A stretch of DNA of 62,316 nt, counting the filler, from Dirinaria sp. TL-2023a (Eukaryota), in assembly GCA_051941275.1 (NCBI GenBank). It is 2 parts of 2 records of this genome, joined end to end, with 100 filler letters (N's around TTAATTAATTAA, not from the genome) between each part and the next. Parts side by side here need not be neighbours in the genome. Positions count along the whole stretch, not along the records: positions 1 to 31,160 come from JAVEBF010000095.1; positions 31,261 to 62,316 come from JAVEBF010000096.1. One strand, given 5' to 3'. How positions within the stretch are numbered: the first letter of the stretch is position 1; each line of letters opens with the position of its first letter. The notes beneath the pieces are model-generated. The model was not told the DNA's origin, made no database searches, and worked only from the letters and a program-made list of their open reading frames with translations. Below, piece after piece: positions 26,301-38,598 of the stretch. Made by a program: the position numbers and the translations under genes.

Positions 26301-27452
26301 AACGATTTTAGTGAGGCAATTGACATGAGGAAGTCTTACGAATTAAAGGTTACCGAAAAGCGTCAACGAGCAGAATCGTGGCGTAAGCATCATCAATCTT
26401 TGCACGAGCAAGAGATGCAATTCCAGATGGAGCATGGTGAAATATCTCAAGAGGAGTTTGATCAGGCGGAATCAGAAATCGAACGTAAAATTTTTCAGTC
26501 TGAAAGGGAGATTGCACAAGCAGAGTTCGATCTGTTCCAAAGCCTCGTCGTCTCGCCTCTTCATGCGCTCTTCTCCGAGCGCATTGACAAAGCAAATTCG
26601 TCGTTGGATAAGCTTAGCAGCCGTTTATTTTCGGATTCTCAACAACACAGCCCCAATCTGCCGCAAGAAGAAGGTGATGAGCACGCCGAGCTTCTTGAGA
26701 AGCTAACACAGCTGAAGTGGCTGTTCGAGGCGCGGGAGAATCTCCATCGTGAGACCTTCAACCTCCTCTCCGAACGCAACGACAAATACAAAGCCATCGT
26801 GTTGCTTCCATATCAGCAAACCAAAACCCTGGATAAAATTGCGGAGGCTGAGTCCTTTTTCACACAAGATGAGCGCGAGAGGAGCCTCGCATTTGAACAA
26901 GCGGCAGCATCGCGTTCGGACGCGTTCCTGGCCGTCGTCGAGAGCAATGTGGTCCGAGGGGTAGAGATACAGCTGTCTGCTTTTTGGGACATTGCTCCCT
27001 CCCTTCTGCAAATATTGCAAAGAATTCCGCCCGGTCTCGGAAACTTTGAGATCCATATCCCAGCTGCCGAATATGCCGACAACCCTACCTTCTACCGCCA
27101 TCCAATGCAGTACCTCTACTCGCTGCTTACTCACGCGGAAAAAAGCTCCTATCAGTTTATTGAGTCACAGATCAACCTCCTGTGTTTATTGCACGAAATA
27201 AGATCTCTGGCATTAGCGGCTCGATCCAAGGCCGAAGAGGGCAATGCGCGCGAGGATGGCTCGGCAGACAAGACGGTGGTATGGAGAGAAACGGAGGAAC
27301 AAGCATTGATGGATGATTTGAAGGAAAAAGTAGCGGTTGTCGAGGGACAGTGGGTCGAGGGTTTTGGTAGCAGAGTAGGGGCAGAAAGGGAGAAAATCCG
27401 AGTATGGTTAGAAAATACGGGAGGATGGGACGATGAGGCTGATTGGGCCTGA
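23369..27452 (+). CDS. Large proline/serine-rich conserved fungal protein with a helical C-terminal domain; exons 23369-23750, 23815-27452
   Basis: Intron GTATGG..TAG joins the 134-aa and 1188-aa ORFs in frame (GPDE-PVASPPPPYSP). C-terminal ~450 aa is helical (LLEKLTQLKWLFEARE, SAFWDIAP). Confidence 0.85.
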
Positions 27453-28450
27453 GTCATGTGATACCCACTGTTGAGTATAAGTATGTATGTATATAAGTAG
27501 TTTTATGGAGTTGATTCTCGCCTGTGTCCCTGAACCATGGATTGAAGTCCTTGGCCAAATGGCCAGACCGACTGCAGAGTGAAGGAGAACCCCTAAACAT
27601 AAAGTAGGTCCCTACCTACCTTACGCAGAGAGAGCAGGTCGAGGGGTGCGAGCATGAGTACCGAGGCCTGCGATTCCCGATGTACCCTAGAATAAGCCTA
27701 TCTTACCCTAAGGTATGATAAGGTGAGGCATCCAAGGTGAAATGAGGCAGGTACCTTAAGCTAAGACTGCTGAAATCAAACTTCAAATTTTTCTTCTTAC
27801 CGGGCGATACTAATGTCAATGATCACTCAGAGAGTAAGAACACCTGATTCATACTACCGGGCTAGAACTGCACCCATCAACTAATTCACTACTAAGCCAA
27901 CTATCCGCTAAATCGTTGAGACTTCCAGGAGGAATTCTTGCCGGTCGAGTTGAGGGCAACGACATTCCGAAGACCATCTGGAATGCCCACTGACGAATTC
28001 GATTGGTAATGTTTTGAGCTTTTCTTCCAAGCTACAATCTCCATTGTACATGCATCTTCGCGCATTGTTCACGATTTTCCCACGTGCACTTCCGTTGCTT
28101 ATGCTACGCTTGGGAATGTCATATAAACATGCATTATATATAAATCGAGTTTCTATCCCATCCCATTCCTGTCAAAAGCGTTGCCGCAAGCTACCAATAT
28201 TGAGCACTACCACCTTGTTGCCCACCTTAGCACTGAAGGCAGCCATTTCAGCTTCTCAAATTTTCGATTCTCGTCCGTACGGTATTGAAGCACAGTAATT
28301 TTGGTCGAACGGGCTTCCAAGAGCTATACAGTTCAAAGTGGTTCTTTGGAGGCTGCAAATTGACCCCACGAACGATTCTCTTTTCCTTTCTTCATGGACC
28401 CTAACCACAGCACCATCTCTTATTCTATTTGCATGCTGACTTTTGCGCAG

Positions 28451-31145
28451 GTTTATCTCGTAGTAGCTCATCCACTTAAAGGATTCCACACTTATCACGC
28501 GAGTAAGGCTGAGTATCCAACCACCGTACTAGGGCATTTCGATAGTACACAGTATCCGCCCACTACAACTGTCTCTGTCGCTTTCTCGGCTAAGCAGGCG
28601 GTGCGTTAGGCTCTTCATATGGCTAGGCACTTGAGAAGTCTATAGCTAAAGGATCGTCAGACCGTCAGTACGGGTCTCGAGAGTGGCGGCCGGCCCTCGG
28701 TTCAGCCGTTCCCTACACCCTCTGTGACCCAGCCAGTAATCCAATTCCAAAATTTCCCCTCAAATGTCTTATCACCATCCGGCGCCAACTTCAGTTCAAG
28801 ACCAGTCCTCAATATTCCATTCCAAAATATATCAAACTATTCCAGGCCGGCCGTAACAGCCTTAATCGCAGCGACGTCTGCTCGCCGAGAAACCATGATC
28901 CGGCCAAGGCAGCCGTCTCCGGAATACTCGAGATTTACAGGTATTTTCGAACCGATCGCTACCGGAGTTTTCCCTGGACAGATCACATCGAGAGATGGCC
29001 ATCCGGTGCCAAGGCTTGGTATTGTAGGCTAGGATAGTTATTTTTCGAAGATACTATATCTGATAGTTTGCAGATGCCGCAGATCAATCCAGTCTCTACG
29101 AACAAATTTTACGCCAATCTATTCCTCGGTACTCAAAGTCAAGGTGTCTGGACACATCCATATTCAATCACATGGAGTAAAGGGGGTGGAATCGCCAAAA
29201 GTTGGGGTTTGGCTGTATCCCACACCGATGCCGACCAGAGAGCATATGGCCCCCAGAACCAGACGATCCCAGGCAATCCTGTCCAGCACTTCATTAACCC
29301 CATTGGGATCCAATCGCTTATACTGTCAGCCACTGAATTAGGCTGGCAAACAGTATTGACCACGAATAATTTGCGAGCATTTTCTGTGAATGCGGTACTG
29401 CAACCACAACCCGGGTCCACTTCGAACATTGTTTTCCCTCTCCTGCAGGGAATGGGGTTTGTGACTGCAATCTATACCAATCTTCAACCAGTCATACAGA
29501 GCAGTGTCCAATTTCGAAGCATGACTCCGATGCAAAGGCCGCGAAATAACGTATACAAATATAGGATTACACTTGAAGACGGCAAATCCTGGTGGGTTGC
29601 ATTTCTGTGCTTAGTTTGAATCTATCAGTCACCTGCAGCGTTCTTTTGTCTCATCTCGTAGCACCCTCTCGCACTAGACCATAAGGACTTTACCCACTCC
29701 TTACGCAAGCAGCGCGGAAGCTCTTTCCTATCCTTACGCCGTTACCGCTTGAGATGTCCATTTAGAGACAATGTTCTGCTCATTTTCGCGTCGAATTATA
29801 ACCGGAGCCCAAAGGTCTACAGCCACAGGCTAGGCTACATCCTCACTTACTGTCCATTGACATTGTCCGTTACGCATCCTCTTCGTTTTAGAGAGGCGTG
29901 GCTAACTCGAAGCGCTGCAAAAGGCTTATGTATGCCATGCCGAGTAACGCACAATATCCCGACTTCCAGTTAGTGTCAAGTACATCGCTACGAGGGCCTC
30001 TAGGGTGGTTTGGCTATATTCAAGTCGCAAAGAATCCTGCTGGGTCCACCGGGGAATTTAGCTATGACAGATCTGCCGGATACTACCCCACGTCGGCCGC
30101 AATCAGTGGCTCCACGCTCGGCATATACGGTACTTATGGGATCGCCTGGACAAAAGCTGGTCCTCCAGGAGCACCGAATATTGAAGCTCCACCTCTTTTG
30201 ATGTTCGCTCTGCCACATCACGTTGCCTCATTCGGCCAAGCTACTGCAATCGCAAAGATCTCGATAAGCTTGCAAACCACCACCAAGGGAACAGCGACCG
30301 CAGTGCTTGCCGATTCTTGGACTATGGTAGAGCCGAACCTGCCGACCGACATGGGTTTCGCACCCTGGACACCCATGCAAAGAGTTGCTTCACAGCTTAA
30401 TTCAGTGGCGCGCGATATCGTCATTCAAGTCGCACAGTCAGAGGTAAACCAAGACATGAATGCTCAAACTAACCTTGACAGTATGTACTTCAGCGGTAAA
30501 GCTCTGAGCAAGTTTGCGGTCCTGATTTATACCATTCACGAGCTTCTTGGTTTGCCTAATCTTGCTCGGCCAGGTCTCATGGAACTGAAGCGCGCCTTTG
30601 CGAGATTTACCACAAACCAACAGATATATCCGCTAGTGTACGATACTGTCTGGGGTGGCGTTGTGTCTTCCGGGACGTACCAAACAGGCGATTGCGGGTT
30701 GGATTTTGGCAACACTTGCTACAACGACCATCACTTCCACTATGGATATTTCATCCATGCTGCGGCGATTATCGCATACCTTGACCCTGAGTGGCTGCTA
30801 CTGAATAAGGATTGGGTCAACATGCTCGTTCGGGACGTGTCCAACCCAAGCTTGCAAGACAACCTATTTCCGTTCTCACGTAATTTCGACTGGTACCATG
30901 GCCACTCCTTCGCGAAGGGCCTATTCGAGTCCGCCGACAGCAAAGATGAAGAGTCCTCCTCCGAGGATACGCTCTTCGCATACGCGCTCAAGATGTGGGG
31001 CCGCGTCACAGGGGATGCCTCAATGGAGGCCAGGGGAAACGTAATGTTATCCGTACTGGCGAGGACCCTGCAGGAATACTTTCTACTTCAAAGCGACAAC
31101 ACGAACCAGCCAGCCAACTTCATCGGTAACAAAGTCACCGGCATT
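28451..31145 (+). CDS. Endo-1,3-beta-glucanase, glycoside hydrolase family 81; first exon uncertain, 3' end lost in the assembly gap
   Basis: STNKFYANLFLG, FPLLQGMGFVT, TTTKG, DSMYFSGKALSKFA, DFGNTCYNDHHFHYGY, FDWYHGHSFAKGLFESADSKDEESSSED. Ends at donor GTGCGT (31146) just before the N run. Upstream exons 28451-28600 and 28661-29023 splice in frame. Confidence 0.9.
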
Positions 31146-31160
31146 GTGCGTTTCCACCCT

Positions 31161-31260
31161 NNNNNNNNNNNNNNNNNNNNNNNNNNNNNNNNNNNNNNNN
31201 NNNNTTAATTAATTAANNNNNNNNNNNNNNNNNNNNNNNNNNNNNNNNNNNNNNNNNNNN
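31161..31260. other. Artificial contig spacer: 44 N + TTAATTAATTAA + 44 N
   Basis: Exactly 100 bp and symmetric; the central 12-mer (31205-31216) has stop codons in all six frames. Confidence 0.95.
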
Positions 31261-31292
31261 GTGGGAGTGGGAGTGGGAGTGGGAGTGGGAGT
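31261..31292 (+). repeat. (GTGGGA)5 microsatellite at the contig edge
   Basis: gtgggagtgggagtgggagtgggagtgggagt immediately after the gap; may explain the assembly break. Confidence 0.85.
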
Positions 31293-31375
31293 GGTGGAGA
31301 CACAAAGGAGGAGTCGAAAGTGGGAGGATTTGGGTGGTAGTCGAGTCGAGGACCTTTTTAGTCGGCGGGAGAGAT

Positions 31376-31404
31376 TTGCTTTGCTTTGCTCTGCTTTGCT
31401 TTGC
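31376..31404 (+). repeat. Imperfect (TTTGC)n pentanucleotide repeat
   Basis: ttgctttgctttgctctgctttgctttgct. Confidence 0.75.
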
Positions 31405-33470
31405 TCCCGTCCCCAGTCCCCAGGCTCGAGCCAATCTTAGCGGCAGGGCCCAGTTAGCGCGCTGAGTTGTTCGCTAAAAAGTACTCGTACTTTACTGTAC
31501 TGGTACAGTAGTACTTCTAAAATTGATTCGTCTTCCGCGGTAACTCTGAGTTTTTAATTTTTTTAATTTTTTATTTTATTTTTTCTTGTTTTATGATTAC
31601 TATTTTGATCTTACTAAATTTTAACTGTCAAAGTCCATGGGCTGTAGTAGTAATCGAATTTACTGTAGACGCTATCGTCTCACGAGTCCAGAGCTGTGAG
31701 CCAGAGCATGAGCAATGGAACCTGAGGCTGACCCTCGGATGGCTCCCGCCATCATTAGGTGGGAGCTATGCAATGGACCTTGTTGCACAGCATGAAAAAC
31801 TCTGCATATCATCTATTCTCCGATACCTTAACCGTCCTTCTGCTATCTATTGATCGACTTGGATGTCGCAACTCGCCAAGATGCCTGGTCTGGCCCGGAA
31901 GGGTATCCAAACGGTCAGAGCGTTCACATCCGATTATTAAGGTACAACAATCGAATTGACTAATGAGGAGGTAGTGCTCTCTACCTACCTGACTCCGTAC
32001 AAGAATGACACGGACCCTCGCAATTTCACATGTATCCCACCCCTCATCCCTTACTACGGTACTTTTTCAATGCGTCTCCTGAACCGACATTTGTGGGACT
32101 GGATACATTGTTATTGCCTTGAATGGCATCGCGAGCATCGTGCATTTCTCCATTCCGTACTGTACAGTACAGTCTTGGTGGCTCGAGCGTCTTCTGAACC
32201 GTCGATGCCACCCTCCATCTGCGCCATGCTTTGCTTCAGTGGTCTCGCCAGAGTCAAAGCCTATCATTGGCAAGATCGGACGCTTGTAACATGTGGTCCA
32301 TCGTCAACATACCCTTTCAACGAGGTTTCTCGTATTGAACTCTCGAAGGACTCTGGTATCCGCAACTGCCACAACATCGTGAGGTATGGTGTTACCTGGC
32401 AACAGGCTTTGGGAGCCAATGCTGCTCAGATCGATTTGTGATAAGGCGATGGATTGATAGAAGTATGATTAAAGTGATAATTATTGTTGCACTTTCCTTA
32501 ACCACACAGCCGATGGCAACGATGATCAGAACCTGTGCCGCAAGAGGACCCTTAAGTGAGCATCAAGATTCCGCTATCTCTACCTAGTGTAATGTAATAG
32601 TCAATCAATGAGTGATCGGTTGTTTCCTATCGGAATGATTTGAAAGTAAATTACGAGGACCTGCTAACCTTTAAGACTGAAGAGCCTCACTTATAGCGCT
32701 ATGTGGTTTTCACAAAGTCATGTAAGGTTACCTATGTGGACAACAGCTTCGGAGGAGTAGCAGCTCAGTAGAAGCCCCAGTGGCGTACGAGATTGTGGCT
32801 CACATAAGGTGACTACTAGTGTGTCGAATGCGCCGCGCCTTTGTGGTTTAATTACTTCACGCATGCTAAATAATCGCGCCTTTTGCCGGTTTCGATTGTG
32901 GAGCTGATTCAACTCGTGAGAGCTTTGCAAACCTCACTGCTACATCCTCAGGTTTACTAGGGTAAAGGCGGTGAGGGTTCGTCGAAAGCCGGAATTGGAG
33001 CCAGTCGTAAGGTAAGATGGAATAATAGAGGGAATCAAGATTATTTTTGCCTCGCCTTGCCTTAAGAATTTTGTCGCGAATCACACTAACCAGATCGGAT
33101 GCTAGCGTAGCCCCGGACAGCCGACCTCCCCCAAGCTGCAACTCCGCCCACTGCCTCCATCGAGCCCCATCGAAAGCCAGCCCAGTCGACGGGAACATCA
33201 TTGAACCCCATTCTCGATCAATACTCCATAGGACTCCCTCCTCGCGCCGAATTGCAATCGTACTTTCCGTTTCGTACTTTCCAAATCTGTGCCCGGAACG
33301 GGACAGCAGGCTTGACTCGGCTTCGCTGGGCTGACTGCAGCACTTCACCATTCCGTCGCTCAGTGTACAGAATAAGAGGAAAAACCCACCTGGAAGAATA
33401 CCTTGACAGAGGCTCTCTTTTCTAGCTCGCCATCGCTCTAAAAGCACCCTCAAATCAGTGGACCTCGAGA

Positions 33471-35064
33471 ATGTCGTCTGAGATGTCTGGAGAGCAGATG
33501 CAAGCCAAAATCGCCGCTGCTCGACGCGATGCTGAGGGCCTCAAGGACAAGATTAAGCGCAAGAAGGACGAGCTCGCTGACACTTCTTGTAAGTCTTCCA
33601 TGAGCGTCGCTACACATAACGCATTCGCTTTGGGATCAACTGGTCCTGATTCAAGATGCTTTCGATGGGCTGATGGGAAGGCATAGTGCGGCAAGTCGCT
33701 CAGAGCAACACCGACGCCTTACCGCGGATTGGTATGAAGTCACGCAAGGTACTCAAAGGCCATTTGGCCAAAATCTATGCAATGCATTGGTCGACGGATC
33801 GCAGGCATCTCGTCTCAGCCTCGCAAGACGGCAAATTGATCATATGGGACGCATACACAACGAATAAAGTTCACGCTATTCCGCTTCGCTCTTCTTGGGT
33901 TATGACTTGCGCATATGCTCCAAGTGGAAACTACGTTGCATGTGGAGGTCTTGATAACATCTGCTCCGTTTACAATCTTTCGTCAAGAGAAGGTCCTACC
34001 CGTGTTGCTCGGGAGCTGTCGGGACACTCTGGCTATCTCTCATGCTGCCGCTTTATCAATGATCGCCGTGTCCTGACCTCTTCTGGCGATATGACTTGCA
34101 TGCTCTGGGACGTCGAGACTGGATCGAAAGTCACCGAATTCGCGGACCATCTTGGAGACGTAATGAGTATTAGTATCAACCCAACGAACCAAAATGTATT
34201 TGTCTCCGGAGCTTGCGACGCTTTTGCAAAGCTGTGGGATATTCGCACGGGCAAAGCGGTCCAAACCTTTGCCGGCCACGAATCCGATATCAATGCCGTA
34301 CAATTCTTCCCAGACGGTCAGGCTTTTGGCACTGGTTCGGACGACGCCAGTTGTCGCTTGTTTGATATTCGAGCAGATCGCGAAGTGAACATCTATGCTG
34401 TGAGTTCTATAATTATTTTTCCCCGTGCCAGGGTCATTGTCACTGTCAAGGAGTCATTGTTACATACGCCCATCATCACCCGGTTGAGCGCAATGAGACC
34501 TGTGGCAGTTTTCTGTCTTTGAGTTGTTATAAACCTCGCGTGGATAGCTTGTGAGGCCTCCTTGTCTTCAACTCGTTGAGAGTACAATACCGAGCTTTTG
34601 GCGCTGTTATTGCGAATCATCAAGCTACGCTTTTACATTCTATTGTTCTAAGAACCATTTTCTGGTGTACAATTTCTAATTCTTTGGTTGTTATAGAGCG
34701 ATCAGATCCTTTGCGGCATCACCTCAGTCGCCTTTTCAGTGTCTGGACGACTCTTGTTTGCTGGCTATGATGATTTCGAATGCAAGGTGAGTCTCTCATG
34801 ATTTCAGCTCGGACATCCGTGCCTCGAGAGTTGTAAAGTAGCCATAACATGCTGAATGCGTCCTAGGTTTGGGATGTCTTGCGTGGCGATCGAGTGGGAA
34901 GCCTGAGCGGTCACGAAAACCGGGTTAGCTGCTTGGGTGTAAGCAACGATGGGATGAGTCTATGTACTGGCTCCTGGGATTCCACGGTAAACATCCAGAC
35001 ATTTAAAGCACCGAAGATAACCTTCGAGACTGACCATCCACAGCTCAAAGTCTGGGCATGGTAG
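33471..35064 (+). CDS. sfaD: Heterotrimeric G-protein beta subunit; exons 33471-33588, 33687-34399, 34697-34786, 34867-34986, 35044-35064
   Basis: N-terminal coiled coil, then [41 protein letters not shown]40 repeats, and C-terminal [24 protein letters not shown]. Confidence 0.97.
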
Positions 35065-36341
35065 AGCTAGCGAAGTCTTAAAGCCCGGCAAAAGGACATC
35101 GGACGTTCGCTTGGGTTACGAATACCTCTCGTTCCGGTGCTGGAATCACACAACCAACCTTCCGACGAAATTATCGACTGGCTCTGAGAAGTCGAAATGC
35201 TAATCCTGGTCATACAGCCAGTACGTCAGATGGTCATATCTGGTGTGCGAAGCAATGACCATGGCCTACGCCTTTTCAACGACCACCGCACTGTTCGGAC
35301 GACTGTACATATGAATGCCAGAGGGGTCTCGCTCACGAAGAGCTCGCAGCATTCGCCAAGTCTCCATTGTGGCGGACGCTGTGTATATCCGTTTCCTTAC
35401 AATTTTCCTTAAGGGCGAAAGGCGGGGGCAATTAGTCTAATTCTTTGATACCTCGTTTTCCGTCCTCGGTCATTATCCAAAAGCGTGTATCCTAAGTGTT
35501 TCCAGGAGACATTATGTACGCTTATCTTGCACAGGCGTGACCCGAAATCCTCCAAACAAGCATTCTCAATTCGAATATATGGCCGATGTACATTCAGTTG
35601 CTCATTTAGCCGGTCCTAGATTGAACCTATGTATGGTCGGCGCAGTGCAAAGCTTCTAGTCCACATTATAACTTGCCGAAAAGACAAGGCTTCATTCGCT
35701 CGGCACAGCGGGAGAGTAGCAAAGCTGATAAAGTAATGTACTCAGGTTCCATGTACCCTTACGTGTTAGGTACGTGTGAGAAGAAGCCAGGAAAGGGAAA
35801 GGTACGCCCTTGGCCTCGGGGATTTGGTACTCGAAGGCGGAACGGAACAAATCCGGCCCGTCCTGACGCTAGCTCGTGAGAGGATACCTGGCCTCGAGCT
35901 GGCCAAAAATATGAGATACTGTAGTGAACCATACTTTCAACGTACAATCAAGGTTGCCACGTACCAAGGCACTCCCTTTTCTTCCTCATTCAGGGAAAAC
36001 GCAGCTAAAAAAAAAGAACCTCATCCAGTACAGCAACCTAGATTTAAGAAGTTCTCTTTGAGCGAATTTGAGCTATTGTCGACGGGACCTCGTTAGACGA
36101 TATAAAAGGTATTAACTTCCCCAATCGACTTTGGACCCACAATCGGCATTGCCATAGCACTTGCTTGTCCTTTGAGGCTCGGCTTTTGTTTTTGCTCTAA
36201 CAGCCTCTTCCGTCCTACGCACAACCCTCCACCATATCTTGCAATTGCTTCTACATCAATATCATCTAAGCGGTGGCAGGTCTCCCGATTGAAGATCATT
36301 AACCGCAGCCCTCTGCCCAAATTTCGAAGTTCTTGTCCGTC

Positions 36342-37493
36342 ATGGTGAACTTCAACTACCTTCTAGTCACACCCTTAGCCATTCTCGGCGCTAGCGCCGT
36401 CTCCTCGGTGATTGATCTGATACCTGGTAATTTCGACAGCATTGTTCTCCAGTCGGGTAAACCGGCTCTCGTTGAATTCTTTGCGCCGTGGTGCGGTCAC
36501 TGCAAGAAGCTTGCTCCTGTCTACGAAGAACTGGCACAAGCTTTCGACGCCGCTAAAGACAGTGTAACCATTGCCAAAGTTGACGCCGACGCCGAGAAAG
36601 ACCTGGGAAGGAGGTTTGGTGTACAAGGCTTCCCAACGCTGAAATGGTTTGATGGTAAGAGTGACAAGCCCGAAGAGTACAATGGTGGTCGGGATCTGGA
36701 AAGTTTGACGGACTTTGTCAAGGAGAAAACAGGCATAAAGATCAAGACGAAGAAAGTAGCCCCAAGCGCAGTGGAAATGTTAACCGATCGGACGTTCAAT
36801 GAACAGGTCGGGCGCGACAAGGACGTTTTGGTCGCATTTACTGCGCCATGGTGTGGACGTAAAAGCTCCCATGCCCTCCGCACTGGGAATCAGCTAATGA
36901 AAACAGATTGTAAGAGCCTGGCTCCTACGTGGGAAACCTTGGCCCAGGACTTTGCATCCGAGCCTTCGGTGCTAATTGCGAAAGTGGACGCTGAAGCAGA
37001 GAACTCCAAGGCCACAGCACAGAGCCAGGAAGTGAAGTCATATCCTACAATCAAGTTTTTCCCTAAAGGCTCAACGACTGCTGAGCCTTACGAAGGCGGA
37101 CGCACAGAGTCTGCCTTGGTGGAGTTCATAAATGCTAAAGCGGGAACTCAGCGCGCACCTGGTGGCACCCTCGGACCCAAGGCCGGCTTGATTGAATCTA
37201 TGGATACTATTGTTAAGAAATATATTGCTGGGGAAAACATAAACTCCATTTTATCAGAGGCGAAGAAGGCTTCCAATGGTTTGAACGACAAGTACGCCCA
37301 GTACTATGTCAAAGTATTTGAAAAGCTGGGCAACAGCCAGCAATATGCTGAGAAAGAATTGGCGAGATTGGAAGGCCTGATGAAGAAGGGTGGCCTCGCT
37401 CCTCAAAAATCGGACGATCTGACGTCGAGGGCCAACATTTTAAGAAGCTTTTCGTCCAAGGAAGATGCGACTGACGAAAAAAGTGAGCTATAA
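36342..37493 (+). CDS. tigA: Protein disulfide isomerase TigA/ERp38 (two thioredoxin domains plus ERp29-C domain); in-frame intron ~36859-36906
   Basis: Signal peptide, APWCGHCK, a second APWCG|HCK split by the intron, a helical C-terminal domain and ER-retention-like KSEL. Confidence 0.93.
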   Translation: MVNFNYLLVTPLAILGASAVSSVIDLIPGNFDSIVLQSGKPALVEFFAPWCGHCKKLAPVYEELAQAFDAAKDSVTIAKVDADAEKDLGRRFGVQGFPTLKWFDGKSDKPEEYNGGRDLESLTDFVKEKTGIKIKTKKVAPSAVEMLTDRTFNEQVGRDKDVLVAFTAPWCGRKSSHALRTGNQLMKTDCKSLAPTWETLAQDFASEPSVLIAKVDAEAENSKATAQSQEVKSYPTIKFFPKGSTTAEPYEGGRTESALVEFINAKAGTQRAPGGTLGPKAGLIESMDTIVKKYIAGENINSILSEAKKASNGLNDKYAQYYVKVFEKLGNSQQYAEKELARLEGLMKKGGLAPQKSDDLTSRANILRSFSSKEDATDEKSEL

Positions 37494-37775
37494 GGAACAG
37501 GTTAGGGCCGCATTCAAAATCGTCGGCGTAAGATCAGTGTATTAAAGTGCTGCATACTGGGAGATCTGGATCTTGTGGTATCATTGCATGTCTTGTGATC
37601 ACCATGTCTGAATTACATGTCAATGAGGCTCAAAAGTGCTTGATGTTCTGCTCACGATTGCCTAAAATTGCGTTGTACATGTAACCAAATCTGCTTGTGC
37701 TCGCTGGCTGGGGGGTATCTTATAACGAAGAACCTCCACCCCAAGAAACGCCTTGCCTGCCTCTGCGTGATAATA

Positions 37776-38143
37776 TCAAGCTTCACCTTCAGCAGTGTTA
37801 TTGTCCGCGCCAGCTTTTATAGCAGCCTCAAGCTCGTCGATTCGTTGGCCCATTTCATCCACTGTAGACTAGAGTTAGAGCCGATAAGTGCGATGATGGG
37901 TATAGGACCACCCTGGACACTAACGCTTCGCGAAGACTTCCGTGCTGACTTTAGTGAATTTCGTGGTTACGTTCTCAAGCATCTCATCGACGGCTTTGAT
38001 GAGCTCGTTGGCTTCTGTATTGGTAGGCTGATTGGAAAGGCCAAAATCAGCGCGTGCTTTTCTTTAAGACTGAGAAAGAAACTTACGGTAGTAGCGTTTA
38101 AATGACCGTCCTCGGAGGCACGGTCTTGGTCCTCAAGAGACAT
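37776..38143 (-). CDS. HSBP1: Heat shock factor-binding protein 1 (HSBP1) family; exons 38143-38087, 38027-37925, 37861-37776
   Basis: Manual splicing gives MSLEDQDRASEDGHLNATT-PTNTEANELIKAVDEMLENVTTKFTKVSTEVFAKLDEMGQRIDELEAAIKAGADNNTAEGEA*. Canonical GTAAGT/GTTAGT donors and CAG acceptors; not in the ORF track. Confidence 0.85.
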
Positions 38144-38598
38144 CGTCTTTTGCTACGCTAGTCAGGAATTCCTTCGCGGGAAATGCTGTAACGGAACAAT
38201 GGCAGCCCAGGCAGAGATATTGGATGGATTGCATGAAATAATGTGAGTAAGGTATTGGTAGTTATCATTGTTTTACCGGTGAGGTAGTCACTGGTTTCCG
38301 AAATCGATGCCGGACTTTAGAATGGAGATAAGCAGCTCCAGAAGATTCGGTTCCCAGTGGAAATACCGCTGTGGAAAAATGTGTAATGAACTATACACGA
38401 GCTTCGAGGGATTGCATTTCAGACGCAAACTTATACCAAACAGTTTAAAATCTGTCCTTGTACAACCTTAACACAGCCTGAATTGAAGGCTCACTGGGGT
38501 TCATATACAACATCTTTTGGTCTTGCTCTTACTCCTTGCCTTTCCCGATACAAAGTCTTTAATTCATCTCTTGATGACGATCTAGGAGTGTTATACCG

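Noticed and set aside
31593..33453. Several 70-195 aa ORFs upstream of G-beta
   Set aside because: Mostly non-ATG starts, no motifs and no coherent splice model; treated as non-coding upstream DNA.
37668..38105. 145-aa plus-strand ORF
   Set aside because: Antisense to the spliced HSBP1 gene, with no recognisable features.
38360..38400. RRPE/PAC ribosome-biogenesis motif upstream of EBP2
   Set aside because: GGAAAAATGT is only a partial match to TGAAAAWTTT, and no clear PAC element is present.
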